From an uncultured Acidobacteriaceae bacterium (GTDB taxonomy: Bacteria > Acidobacteriota > Terriglobia > Terriglobales > Acidobacteriaceae), in assembly GCA_963799025.1 (NCBI GenBank), contig CAWCVQ010000014.1:4182-68181 (forward strand): DNA of 64,000 nucleotides, given 5' to 3'. Below the pieces are notes generated by a model. It worked only from the letters and a program-made list of their open reading frames with translations, did not search any database and was not told the DNA's origin. Positions 47,934 through 56,904 of the stretch are shown here, piece by piece; positions within the stretch are counted from its first letter, which is position 1, and every line of letters begins with the position of its first letter. A program made the translations under genes and the position numbers.

Positions 47934-48692
47934 ATGCGCAATATCTCTCGACGCAAATTCATCATCACGGGAATGGCTGTGGCGGCGGGCGCATCTGGGA
48001 TTGCAATCGCTTCCGAAGTCGCGCAGCATCATGGGCTCATCCCGCCGGACGCGGGAGGACTTTACGGCCCGGGAGAAACGCTGACCTACGCGGCGCAGCG
48101 ACTTTTGACCCGCCGTTCCATGGCCCGTGAATTCTCCTGCACCGAGATTTCGAAGAATCCGTTCGCCAACGAAGTCGATCCGTTGGGCGATGAATTCAAA
48201 CGACTCCAGGCAGCCAGTTTTGAGGACTGGCGGGTGACTGTGGACGGAATGGCGGCGCGGCCGGCCTCGTTCTCGCTGGCAGAGCTCAGGAGTTTCCCCA
48301 CCAGTACGCAGATCACAATGATCGGCTGCGAAGAAGGTTGGACTTACATCGCCGAATGGACCGGGGTGCCGCTCTCTTACATCCTGGACCGCGTTGGCGC
48401 GCTGTCCCAGGTGCGTTACGTTGTATACCGCTCGATCCAACCTGACTGGTGGGAGAGCATCGACATGGCGGACGCGTTGCACCCACAAACGCTTCTCGCC
48501 CACCGCATGAACGGAAACGAACTTCCCGTGCCGTTCGGAGGCCCCGTCCGCGTGCGAGTCCCGCGGCAGCTCGGTTATAAGAACGTGAAATACATCAATC
48601 GCGTGACTCTGACGGACAACCTCAAACCGTTCGGCAAGGGTCTGGGGGGTGCTAGCTCTGATGGTGGCTACGCGTGGTATGCGGGCATCTGA
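47934..48692 (+). CDS. Molybdopterin-dependent oxidoreductase (sulfite-oxidase-fold, MsrP/YedY-like) with a Tat signal
   Basis: 252 aa. The twin-arginine leader is MRNISRRKFIITGMAVAAGASG. WRVTVDGMAARPASFSLAELRSFP, IGCEEGWTYIAEWTGVPLSYIL and GGPVRVRVPRQLGYKNVKYINRVTL are present. Confidence 0.85.
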   Translation: MRNISRRKFIITGMAVAAGASGIAIASEVAQHHGLIPPDAGGLYGPGETLTYAAQRLLTRRSMAREFSCTEISKNPFANEVDPLGDEFKRLQAASFEDWRVTVDGMAARPASFSLAELRSFPTSTQITMIGCEEGWTYIAEWTGVPLSYILDRVGALSQVRYVVYRSIQPDWWESIDMADALHPQTLLAHRMNGNELPVPFGGPVRVRVPRQLGYKNVKYINRVTLTDNLKPFGKGLGGASSDGGYAWYAGI

Positions 48693-48862
48693 GAGGAAGC
48701 GCCCGATAACAAGATGACGCAGAGTGTCTACACTGGCTCAGTAACTCGCCATAAGCCCGTTTGGGGCCAACTTCCGAATAGCCGGCCAACCAGAAACAAA
48801 CCAATTGAACCGCTAGGATCGCCAGCAAAACCGCATGGTTGTTGGCCGTTTAAGAGCCGCCA

Positions 48863-51151
48863 TCATTTCAACTTCGAATACTCGGTGTTGGCTTGTTGGA
48901 GGACGGGAATATCGGGATCGGCATCTTTCCAGAGTTCGAAGAAGTCCTGGAACGCTCTTTTCGCTCTCGCTGTGTCGCCCGCAAGCGCGTAACCGCGCGC
49001 CATTCCCAGATAGGAGAGCGAGTAGCGCTGCACCCAATTCGGGTGGACCCAGTTCGCACCCCAATTGGCGCCCTTGTGGTCCACGATTTTCTGAAACTCA
49101 GCCGCTGCTTCCGCGCCCCTATGCATTCTCAGGTAAGCTAGGCCACGCAGATAAATCGCATCGGGGTAAGCGCGTTCGTAGGGCGAGGCGGATGCCAGCA
49201 GTTCAACGCTTTTGGCAGGTTCATCGCGGTGGAGCGCGATCATGGCTTGAATCTCTGGTAGCTGTACGGCATTCCAGATTGTCCCGTTTGGAAGAGCTTT
49301 CGAAGTCTCCGCCGCGAGCTTCTCCGCTGCGGCCGCTTCGCCACACATCGCCATTGCCAACGCAGGGCGCCCAAGCCGACGCACAGGCTGACAATTGCCC
49401 GACAACGCGTCAGCACGCGCATCGGCTTCCTCGTACTCGTCGGCGACGTACCGGAATCCCAGATGGCGCGCTGTGTCGGCGGCACGCTGATAGAACTTAT
49501 GCGAATCACGACGCTGCCCGTGCACATTCAGGTCGGCCGCTTGCAACCCGAAGCTGAGGTACTCCTCCGGCTTGCCTGCGAACCATTGAATTTCCTTGGC
49601 AATGGCTGCTTTATCGTCCTCGACATAGGCCAATTCGAGGAAGCGCTGGTGGATTCTCGAACCGTCAATTCCAAGCGCCCGCACTTTCGCCGCTACCTGG
49701 TCGGCTTCCGGAAGGCGATCTAGACTGATGTAGGCGTCCAACACCCGACGATAGGGAGGTTCGACATTGGGCTCCAGCCGAGCTGCCTCAAGACCCTCGT
49801 TCAGCCCCTCTTCAAATTGCCCCATGTCGATGTAGGTGACGCTTATTTGGTTATGGAAACCCCACCTTAGGGGATAGTTGTTCCGGACAGCCAATTGATA
49901 GGCATCAATCTCTTTGTCCAACTCGCCAGTCGCCCTGTAGTAGTAGGCAGTGATCCCGGTTCGCTCGGCCTCGGATACGCGATCGACCATGCTGAAGGCC
50001 CGTTTCGCATATTCCGCGCTCCGTTCCAAATCCCCGGTTTGTTCATACGCGATGCCCAGAAGGTAGTACGCCATCGTAAAGTTCGGATCAATTGCGATAG
50101 CGCGCTCAAATAGCGGAACAGCGGCCATAAAATGGCCTTTACCCATTACGTCAAGGCCCGCGGTGTAGTTCTGAAGAGCGTCTAGCGAAGGGGTAGTCGC
50201 CTGCTCCAGCGGCCGATTCAGCTGCTTGATCGAATTGAGCGACTCTCCAAGCTTGCTGCGCATGGCAGTCGTCGCGCTTCCCAATGCGTTCAACACGTGC
50301 TCTTTATCTTCGGCCTGGATCTGCTCCCGGGCGAGCGTTGCCCCGTCCTGACACGTAATTGCCTGAAGGGTAATGACGTAGCTTTTTCCCAGGCTCGTAA
50401 TGGCGCCTTCGATGGTAGCGGCGGCTCCTTCGCGGACACAGACGTCGTGCGCAACCTGATTGCTGATGCGCGTTCCGGGCTGAACATTCATCAGGCGCAG
50501 ATCGCGCTGTAGCTGCGCATCATCCATGATTCTCAGGAAAGGCGACTGTTGCAGTTCCACCGCGAGGCCTTGGCGCAAAGTGCCATCAAATACTGGTTCG
50601 CCGGTGGAATTCGCGAAGTCGGCGAGCACGATGCTGTCTTTTTCGGTGAGAGCACGGGAGCGGTGGACAAAGAGCTTAAACGTGCCAACGGCTACTGCGA
50701 CTACAACGATGACCGCAACCGTGATCCATCCCCAGGGTGTGGTTTCTTTGACCTGCACTTGCACCCTGGAATGGCTCGCGGCAACGATGTTCAGCTCCTC
50801 CGGCACTAGCTGAACTTCTTCTGCAAACCGGTAGCCTCGGCCGGGCACGGTGACGATGTACTGGTGGTCCTGCGGAGTCTCTCCCAAAGCCTTTCGTAGC
50901 AGGAAAATGTTCCGGCTGAGGTTGGCCTCTTCGACAAACGTGTCGGGCCAAACCATCTTCATTAGGTCGTCTTTGGTGACCACCTTCTTGCTGTGACGCA
51001 CCAAGACTAGAAGTACCTGAAAGGTCTTGGGCGTGAGTGGGACGGTTTCAGTCCCGCGAAGTAATAGTTCCTTCTCCGGATCAACCCGAAAGAGTCCGAA
51101 CTCGTAGAGTTGTTTGACCTTTTGGTCCGTGCTCGTGTCCATCGGGAGCAC
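48863..51151 (-). CDS. CadC/ToxR-like membrane-anchored transcriptional regulator (OmpR-type winged helix, TM segment, TPR repeats)
   Basis: 762 aa. The wHTH reads YEFGLFRVDPEKELLLRGTETVPLTPKTFQVLLVLVRHSKKVVTKDDLMKMVWPDTFVEEANLSRNIFLLRKALGE...YIVTVPGRGYRFA. It has one TM segment (WGWITVAVIVVVAVAVGTF) and a long TPR-like C-terminal region. Confidence 0.85.
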   Translation of the reverse strand: MLPMDTSTDQKVKQLYEFGLFRVDPEKELLLRGTETVPLTPKTFQVLLVLVRHSKKVVTKDDLMKMVWPDTFVEEANLSRNIFLLRKALGETPQDHQYIVTVPGRGYRFAEEVQLVPEELNIVAASHSRVQVQVKETTPWGWITVAVIVVVAVAVGTFKLFVHRSRALTEKDSIVLADFANSTGEPVFDGTLRQGLAVELQQSPFLRIMDDAQLQRDLRLMNVQPGTRISNQVAHDVCVREGAAATIEGAITSLGKSYVITLQAITCQDGATLAREQIQAEDKEHVLNALGSATTAMRSKLGESLNSIKQLNRPLEQATTPSLDALQNYTAGLDVMGKGHFMAAVPLFERAIAIDPNFTMAYYLLGIAYEQTGDLERSAEYAKRAFSMVDRVSEAERTGITAYYYRATGELDKEIDAYQLAVRNNYPLRWGFHNQISVTYIDMGQFEEGLNEGLEAARLEPNVEPPYRRVLDAYISLDRLPEADQVAAKVRALGIDGSRIHQRFLELAYVEDDKAAIAKEIQWFAGKPEEYLSFGLQAADLNVHGQRRDSHKFYQRAADTARHLGFRYVADEYEEADARADALSGNCQPVRRLGRPALAMAMCGEAAAAEKLAAETSKALPNGTIWNAVQLPEIQAMIALHRDEPAKSVELLASASPYERAYPDAIYLRGLAYLRMHRGAEAAAEFQKIVDHKGANWGANWVHPNWVQRYSLSYLGMARGYALAGDTARAKRAFQDFFELWKDADPDIPVLQQANTEYSKLK

Positions 51152-51402
51152 CCTGCCGTAAGAGCGGAAAGTCGAACTTGGAGGAGCATTTTAGCATGGT
51201 TCGGCTCTGAGTCCCTTGGTTGCGACCCGCTCGGAGCATCAGATAAGTGCTTTCTTTCCCGCCGAGTACGTGACTACGAGAAGTTATCAGAAATTATCAC
51301 GAGGTTTGTAAGGACTATTCACTCCCCTTTCGGGCAACCTGCCGCCTAGCTTTCGTATGAAACCCGCTTGAGCAGGCACTCCCTGGCAAGCAGGGGTGGG
51401 TC

Positions 51403-51672
51403 ATGGCAAAGCAGACGAAGATCACGATCGAAACCGACTCCTTGCTGGTTTTGCGGGGACGAAGCTCACTGCGTGCCTGGTGCCCGGAGTGTGGCGCCGA
51501 GGGCGAGATGATTGTCCTGGGCGATGTCGGCGTTATCTCGAACCTAGCGCCATCGGACGTGAAGGCCTGGCTTGAATGCGAGACGATCCACCGTTCGCAG
51601 GCAGCCGATGGTGCACAACTGATTTGCCTGAACTCGCTGCTCAAACGCACACAGAAACCGAAAACCACTTAG
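51403..51672 (+). CDS. Small hypothetical protein with a CxxC motif (89 aa)
   Basis: MAKQTKITIETDSLLVLRGRSSLRAWCPECGAEGEMIVLGDVG...LICLNSLLKRTQ. It is divergent from the CadC-like regulator. It resembles small excisionase/HTH-like proteins I recall seeing in Acidobacteria, but the family assignment is not verifiable here. Confidence 0.5.
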   Translation: MAKQTKITIETDSLLVLRGRSSLRAWCPECGAEGEMIVLGDVGVISNLAPSDVKAWLECETIHRSQAADGAQLICLNSLLKRTQKPKTT

Positions 51673-51696
51673 CACCGCCGCGCAATTCAAAAGGAG

Positions 51697-52191
51697 ATGA
51701 CCATGAATCGGAGCACGATCGCAAAGGCTTTCACAATAGCCGCAGTCACCGCGCTCGCTCTGGGCACAGCGCCCACAGCGAACGCCCATGATAAAGGATG
51801 TTCTAACGCCACCCTTAAGGGCACCTTCGCAGAGAAAGACACCGGGTTCATTACTAACCCACCGCCTGCGCCGGCTTCCCTTTTCGCCGGTGTCAATCTG
51901 GAAACCTTCGACGGAAAGGGCACAATTACGGCTACTGGATTCGCGAGCCTGGACGGCAACGGAGCCCCACAAACGGAAACGGGCACCTATACGGTGAATC
52001 CTGATTGCACCGGCACTTACGCGGTTCAAATTTCTCCTGGAAATTTTACGGCTCACGCCTTCTTCGTGATCGATGATGGCGGGAATGAACTTCAGATTAT
52101 CGTGACAGACCCGGGCACTGTGATCAACTGCATCGCACGGAGGCTATTTCCAAAACGAGAAGAGCCAGATCGGGATGACTCGAGAGAATGA
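51697..52191 (+). CDS. Hypothetical secreted protein (164 aa)
   Basis: The signal peptide is MTMNRSTIAKAFTIAAVTALALGTAPTANA. The mature part is beta-rich, with Cys residues in DKGCSNATLKG, NPDCTGTY and VINCI. I recognise no domain. Confidence 0.6.
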   Translation: MTMNRSTIAKAFTIAAVTALALGTAPTANAHDKGCSNATLKGTFAEKDTGFITNPPPAPASLFAGVNLETFDGKGTITATGFASLDGNGAPQTETGTYTVNPDCTGTYAVQISPGNFTAHAFFVIDDGGNELQIIVTDPGTVINCIARRLFPKREEPDRDDSRE

Positions 52192-52502
52192 CGGCCTCCA
52201 GCGCCGCAACGCAGATGTCCGTCGGCTATGTAACAGGCTGTATCGCGGGCGGGAGGTCCGGCTGGAATGATGCTAGGGATCTGCTCGCCCGCGAAATGAT
52301 ACATGTGTCTGCCGCAGCTGCAGTGCCGAGCGGATGACGGGCGACTCTTTCCTACTCTTCGTAACGGAAGAGGTGCCGACAATTCGGGAGTTGAATGGCG
52401 ATAAGCCCGTTTGAACGAAGCCGCTTCGCGGCAGACGCTTTCGCGTGTCTGGTGCCGGCAGCAGTGGTGTGAGGATAAAGTTGGGTCATAAGGAGCTAAC
52501 CT

Positions 52503-53378
52503 ATGACCCACCTTCGCAAAATGATGCTCGAAGAACTCGAGCGTCGTAATTACGCTCAGACTACCATAAACAGCTACATCCAGACGATCGAGGATTTCGC
52601 GCGTTATTTCCGACGCCCTCCTGATCAGCTCACTCCTGAACACATCCGCGAGTATCAAGCGTATCTGTTCCGCGAGAGAAAGCTAGCCGCATCCAGCGTA
52701 ACGCAACGGCTGGCGGCTCTGCGGTTCTTCTACACTCGGACGATTAAGAGAGCCTGGAGCGTGGCGGATACACCGTATCCGAAGAAGACGAGACACCTAC
52801 CCGGCATCTTGAGCCCAGAAGAAGTTGCCCACCTCATCGACTCGTCCCAGACTCGGTTTCATCGCATGGTATTGATGACGCTCTATGGCACGGGGGTACG
52901 GCGTGCCGAGTTGACTCGCTTGCAAATTCCCGATATCGACAGTCGCCGCATGGTGATCCACATCCGCGGCGGGAAGGGTCGTCAGGACCGAGATGTCATG
53001 CTCAGTCCGAAGTTGTTGGAAGCCTTGCGAGAGTACTGGCGGGGGCTGAGACGTAAACCTACAGAGTGGTTATTCCCGGGCGGGCGCTGGCACACCGCCA
53101 ATCATCCCATCACCACCAAGGTAGTGTGGAATGCCTGCCATAAAGCTGCCCAGCGGGCTGGCCTTCAGAACCGGGTTCATCCGCACACTTTGCGGCACTG
53201 CTTTGCTACGCACTTGCTAGAAAACGGAGCTGACCTGCGCACCATTCAGCTGCTCCTGGGACATCACGATTTGAAAGAGACCACCATTTATCTCCATCTC
53301 TCACAACGGCACCTCAACGCAACCGCGAGTCCTCTGGACTCGCTCCAGCTGAAAGACAAGGTACCGCAGAGCGAATAG
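52503..53378 (+). CDS. Tyrosine recombinase/integrase associated with the IS91-family transposase
   Basis: 291 aa with RBS aaggag 8 nt upstream. The N-terminal SAM-like domain reads MLEELERRNYAQTTINSYIQTIEDFARYF. The catalytic residues are in GTGVRRAEL, HPHTLRHCFATHLLENGADLRTIQLLLGH and TTIYLH. Confidence 0.88.
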   Translation: MTHLRKMMLEELERRNYAQTTINSYIQTIEDFARYFRRPPDQLTPEHIREYQAYLFRERKLAASSVTQRLAALRFFYTRTIKRAWSVADTPYPKKTRHLPGILSPEEVAHLIDSSQTRFHRMVLMTLYGTGVRRAELTRLQIPDIDSRRMVIHIRGGKGRQDRDVMLSPKLLEALREYWRGLRRKPTEWLFPGGRWHTANHPITTKVVWNACHKAAQRAGLQNRVHPHTLRHCFATHLLENGADLRTIQLLLGHHDLKETTIYLHLSQRHLNATASPLDSLQLKDKVPQSE

Positions 53379-54572
53379 ATGAACCGGCCATCCCTCGAGG
53401 TGGCCGATCTGGTTCGCGCCGCGGGACGCGGCTTCATCGAACGCAGCCGCAGGTGGATCACCTGGCAACACCTCAAAGTGTTGCGGGCCATTGCGCGCTG
53501 TCGCACCGCCGCCTTGGGCGGGCATCTCGATGAGTGCACCGACTGCGCGTACCGTCCGCCCATCTCTTACAACAGCTGCCGTGATCGGCACTGCCCAAAG
53601 TGTCAAGCCAACGCTCGCGACCGTTGGCTCGAAGCGCGTCGTAAGGAACTTCTCCCCACGCGCTACGTCCATGTTGTCTTCACCCTACCCCATGAACTGG
53701 CACCGCTCGCCTTACAGAACAAGAAAATCCTGTACCATCTGTTGCTGCAAAGCAGCGCCGAAACCCTCCTCGAAGTCGCTCGCGACCCCAAACATCTCGG
53801 CGCCGAAATCGGCTTCTTCAGTGTGCTCCACACCTGGAATCAGCAGCTCGAACATCACCCCCATACCCATTGTGTGGTGCCCGCCGGCGGATTGTCGCTC
53901 GATCACTCTCGTTGGGTTCCATCGCACTCTCGCTTCTTTCTTCCCATCCCCGTGCTCCGAAAGGTTTTTCGCCGTAAGTTTGTCATGGCTCTAAAACACA
54001 ACTTCCGTCAGGGCAAGCTTGGCTTCCATGGCACCCTGAAACCCCTCGCACACCCCAAAGCCTTCTCCGCCTGGTTGCGAACCCTATACCGACACCACTG
54101 GCACGTCTACTCCAAACCCCCCTCCGGAGATGCAGACCAGGCGGTGCGCTATTTAGGCCACTACACCCATCGCGTAGCCATCTCCAACCATCGACTCGTC
54201 TCCTTGGTCGACGACCAAGTTACCTTTCGTTGGCGCGACTCCGCTCACAACAATGAACAGAAGTTGATGCCCCTTTCCCTTGATGAGTTCTTGCGCCGTT
54301 TCCTCTTGCATGTGCTTCCCAAAGGCTTTGTCCGCATTCGCCACTTTGGCTTCCTCGCCCACCGGCGGCGGGCTACTCTCCTGCCGCTTTGCTTTCGACT
54401 ACTCGAAGCCGTACAGCCATCGCAGACCGAAGCAAAAACCTCCCCTGCCGAGGAACCGAGCCCACTTTGGCTCTGTCCCAAGTGTGGCGGCCGCATGGTG
54501 GTCATCGAGAGACTTACGGCTGCCCAGATCCGACTCCGTTCTCCCCCCTCTCTCACCGGAGTCGCCGCATGA
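53379..54572 (+). CDS. IS91-family transposase (HUH/Y2 rolling-circle type)
   Basis: 397 aa. The N-terminal zinc-binding region is CRTAALGGHLDECTDCAYRPPISYNSCRDRHCPKC. YVHVVFTLPHEL is present. The HUH motif is HPHTHCVVPAGG and the Y2 region is VRYLGHYTHRVAISNHRL. The C-terminal zinc ribbon is CPKCGGRM. Confidence 0.9.
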   Translation: MNRPSLEVADLVRAAGRGFIERSRRWITWQHLKVLRAIARCRTAALGGHLDECTDCAYRPPISYNSCRDRHCPKCQANARDRWLEARRKELLPTRYVHVVFTLPHELAPLALQNKKILYHLLLQSSAETLLEVARDPKHLGAEIGFFSVLHTWNQQLEHHPHTHCVVPAGGLSLDHSRWVPSHSRFFLPIPVLRKVFRRKFVMALKHNFRQGKLGFHGTLKPLAHPKAFSAWLRTLYRHHWHVYSKPPSGDADQAVRYLGHYTHRVAISNHRLVSLVDDQVTFRWRDSAHNNEQKLMPLSLDEFLRRFLLHVLPKGFVRIRHFGFLAHRRRATLLPLCFRLLEAVQPSQTEAKTSPAEEPSPLWLCPKCGGRMVVIERLTAAQIRLRSPPSLTGVAA

Positions 54573-54635
54573 TACGAAAATTCCGATCTCCCTTACTCCG
54601 TGCCTCTCACCACCCGCCGGCGTGGTGCGCCCTTT

Positions 54636-54810
54636 TTGCCCTCAATCAAGCTCTCCCTCTCCAACCTCCGCTCAAACTCTCACCCCAACCCCACGCACCC
54701 TACCACCAAACCAATCCTCTTTGCCCTGTGGTTAATTCCTCTCCCTCTTCCCGAAGCCTTTCCCATTACCCCAACACCATTCAATTTGCATAAGTGCCTC
54801 CCCACCGGCG
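54636..54810 (+). other. Strongly G-depleted (C/T/A-rich) tract 3' of the IS91 transposase
   Basis: By hand count there are 3 G in the 80 nt at 54641-54720 and 6 G in the 60 nt at 54721-54780. The complementary strand carries many GGG/GGGG runs. Track ORFs here are P/T/L-rich low-complexity artefacts. Confidence 0.7.
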
Positions 54811-55110
54811 GCTTCCTTCAAACAGTTGTATCGGACGCGCCCCGCACGACGTCCCGAACCTACCAGCGTTCTTGGAATGGGGCGCATCGATACAACACTA
54901 GCGTCTATCGGTACCTACACCCGAAATCGAGCGTAAACCGGTCTGAGTGAGTGATTGGGTCTGTTTTGAATAACTGACAGAAACAGGCCGCCGTCATGGG
55001 CTAACCCTATTCACGATGGGTTTTTTATTCGCCCAGTTGCACGCCTCCTTGGCGAATCGCAACTGAATCGTTCGCTGGCCCCCGGGTGCAATTGCGACTA
55101 CAATTCCCGC

Positions 55111-56424
55111 GTGAGTGCCAGAATCCTTCTTCTCGTGACCTTCACTGCTGTCTTGCTTATGTCCAGATTGCAGCCCGGAGTAGCGAACAGCGCAGCCTCC
55201 GGCGATGGTCTCTGCCGGCCACAAATTGCTGCGCATGGACCAGCCCCAAACAATGGAATCGTGATGAACGGGATCGACGTCCTCGAACAGGATGGTTTCC
55301 GGGAAGTCCGGGGTTCCGACCCGTCCTCCCCACGCGCAGTCGGTGTTATCACCAACCACACTGGTTTCGATGTCGAGGGCCGCAGGACGATTGATATTCT
55401 CGCCCAAGCGCCCGGCATCAAGCTCGTGGCGATATTCAGCCCCGAACACGGCGTGACCGGGGAACTCGACGTCAATTCGCTGGGCGATTCAGTCGATCGT
55501 GCCACGGGCGTACATATCTACAGCATCTACGGCGACACGACGGCGAGCCGGCATCCACCCGAAAACGTGCTCCGGAAGCTGGATGTCCTAGTGATCGACA
55601 TCCAGGACATCGGCTCCCGTTTCTATACGTACGAGTCTACCCTGGGTTACACACTTGAATCTGCAGCGATCACCGGCACCGAGGTCGTTGTGCTCGATCG
55701 GCCGAACCCTTTAACCGGTGTGCATGTGCAAGGACCTGTCTCGGATGGCAAACACCTCAACTTTGTCGATTACACGAGGGAACCGATTCGCCATGGCATG
55801 ACGGTGGGCGAGCTGGCGAAGATGTTTAACAGCGAGCGCCACATCAACGCCAAGCTCACGGTGGTTCCCGTAAAGGGATGGACGCGCAGCGACTGGTTCG
55901 ATTCCACCGATCTGGTTTGGATCAACCTGTCGCCGAATATGCGGAATATGAATGAGGCCGCGCTGTACACCGGGATCGGGATTTTGGAGTATACGAATGT
56001 ATCCGTCGGTCGCGGGACGGATACGCCGTTCGAGGTGTTTGGCGCGCCGTGGATCAGACCACGGGTATTCGCGCAGTATCTGAATGCACGCCAAATCCCG
56101 GGTGTCCGATTCGTGCCAACCTGGTTTACACCCGCCAAAGATGCCAAGTTAGGCGGACAGCGCGTTGGCGGGGTGCAGATGATCGTGACTGACCGGTCTG
56201 TTCTCGATGCGCCGGAACTTGGATTGGAACTTGGCTCCGCGCTGCTGAAGCTCTATCCCGCCGATTGGGAGTTGGATCGATTGATCGATCTGCTGGGGAA
56301 TGAGTCGACCTTGGAGGAGCTTAAGTCCGGCAAAGATCCGCTGTGTATTGCCGAGGACTATCAGCCGGATTTGCAACAATTCATGCGGGTCCGGCAAAAG
56401 TACCTGATCTATACCGATCACTGA
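55111..56424 (+). CDS. DUF1343 family protein (NamZ-like exo-beta-N-acetylmuramidase)
   Basis: 437 aa with a GTG start and a signal peptide. VGVITNHTGFDVEGRRTIDIL, LVAIFSPEHG, DVLVIDIQDIGSRFYTY, VVLDRPNP and HGMTVGELA are typical of DUF1343. Confidence 0.85.
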   Translation: MSARILLLVTFTAVLLMSRLQPGVANSAASGDGLCRPQIAAHGPAPNNGIVMNGIDVLEQDGFREVRGSDPSSPRAVGVITNHTGFDVEGRRTIDILAQAPGIKLVAIFSPEHGVTGELDVNSLGDSVDRATGVHIYSIYGDTTASRHPPENVLRKLDVLVIDIQDIGSRFYTYESTLGYTLESAAITGTEVVVLDRPNPLTGVHVQGPVSDGKHLNFVDYTREPIRHGMTVGELAKMFNSERHINAKLTVVPVKGWTRSDWFDSTDLVWINLSPNMRNMNEAALYTGIGILEYTNVSVGRGTDTPFEVFGAPWIRPRVFAQYLNARQIPGVRFVPTWFTPAKDAKLGGQRVGGVQMIVTDRSVLDAPELGLELGSALLKLYPADWELDRLIDLLGNESTLEELKSGKDPLCIAEDYQPDLQQFMRVRQKYLIYTDH

Positions 56425-56904
56425 ATGTCGAGCGATAAGAGGCGTGGCCGTTGAAACATTCGATTTCAACGAACCGGCCAAGAATCTGTGAGCCGAAATG
56501 TATCCAAAAAGCCGAGAAGCCCGTTTCTGGCCAACTTCCGAATTGCCGACGATCCACTCTCGATACAGACCTCTAACGGTCTACCAACCCATGGAACGAC
56601 CGTCCGTTTTCGGACGGCGCAAGCCGATCTCGGACAACTTTGCATTTGGAGAGATCCCTTAAATAGAAGAAAAACATAGCTGTTGGTTGAGCAAAAGAAT
56701 TGGTCACCGAGGTGCTACCTTTTCTCGAATCGGATCAACGGATTAGTCCGGAGGACTAATCTCTGCGCACATTTACCGTTGAGGCCGAGAGGCTCGTTTC
56801 GTAGGGTGTCTGGCGAGTTGAGGACGAATGATAACGTCGTTAAGCCAAGATCTTCGCTACGGTATTGCCAGAGAGGCGCTACGGTACCAGTGAGCAAAAG
56901 TACG

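Larger units (their letters stand above)
52503..54572 (+). mobile_element. IS91-family element core (tyrosine recombinase plus HUH-Y2 transposase); termini not defined
   Basis: Two coupled genes (TAG-ATG at 53376-53381) encode a phage-integrase-family recombinase and an IS91-type transposase. Element ends could not be identified by eye. The right flank (54636-54810) is a G-depleted tract. Confidence 0.75.

Noticed and set aside
46898-47968. 356-aa minus-strand ORF.
   Set aside because: It lies antisense to the cytochrome b gene and its upstream spacer. The translation is Arg/His/Gln/Pro-rich low complexity with no motif. The plus-strand gene has clear TM helices and a coupled downstream partner.
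54600-54950. 116-aa plus-strand ORF (and neighbours) downstream of the IS91 transposase.
   Set aside because: The translation is a Pro/Thr/Leu/Ser-rich consequence of the G-depleted tract. It has no start context or motif. I treat it as non-coding IS flank.
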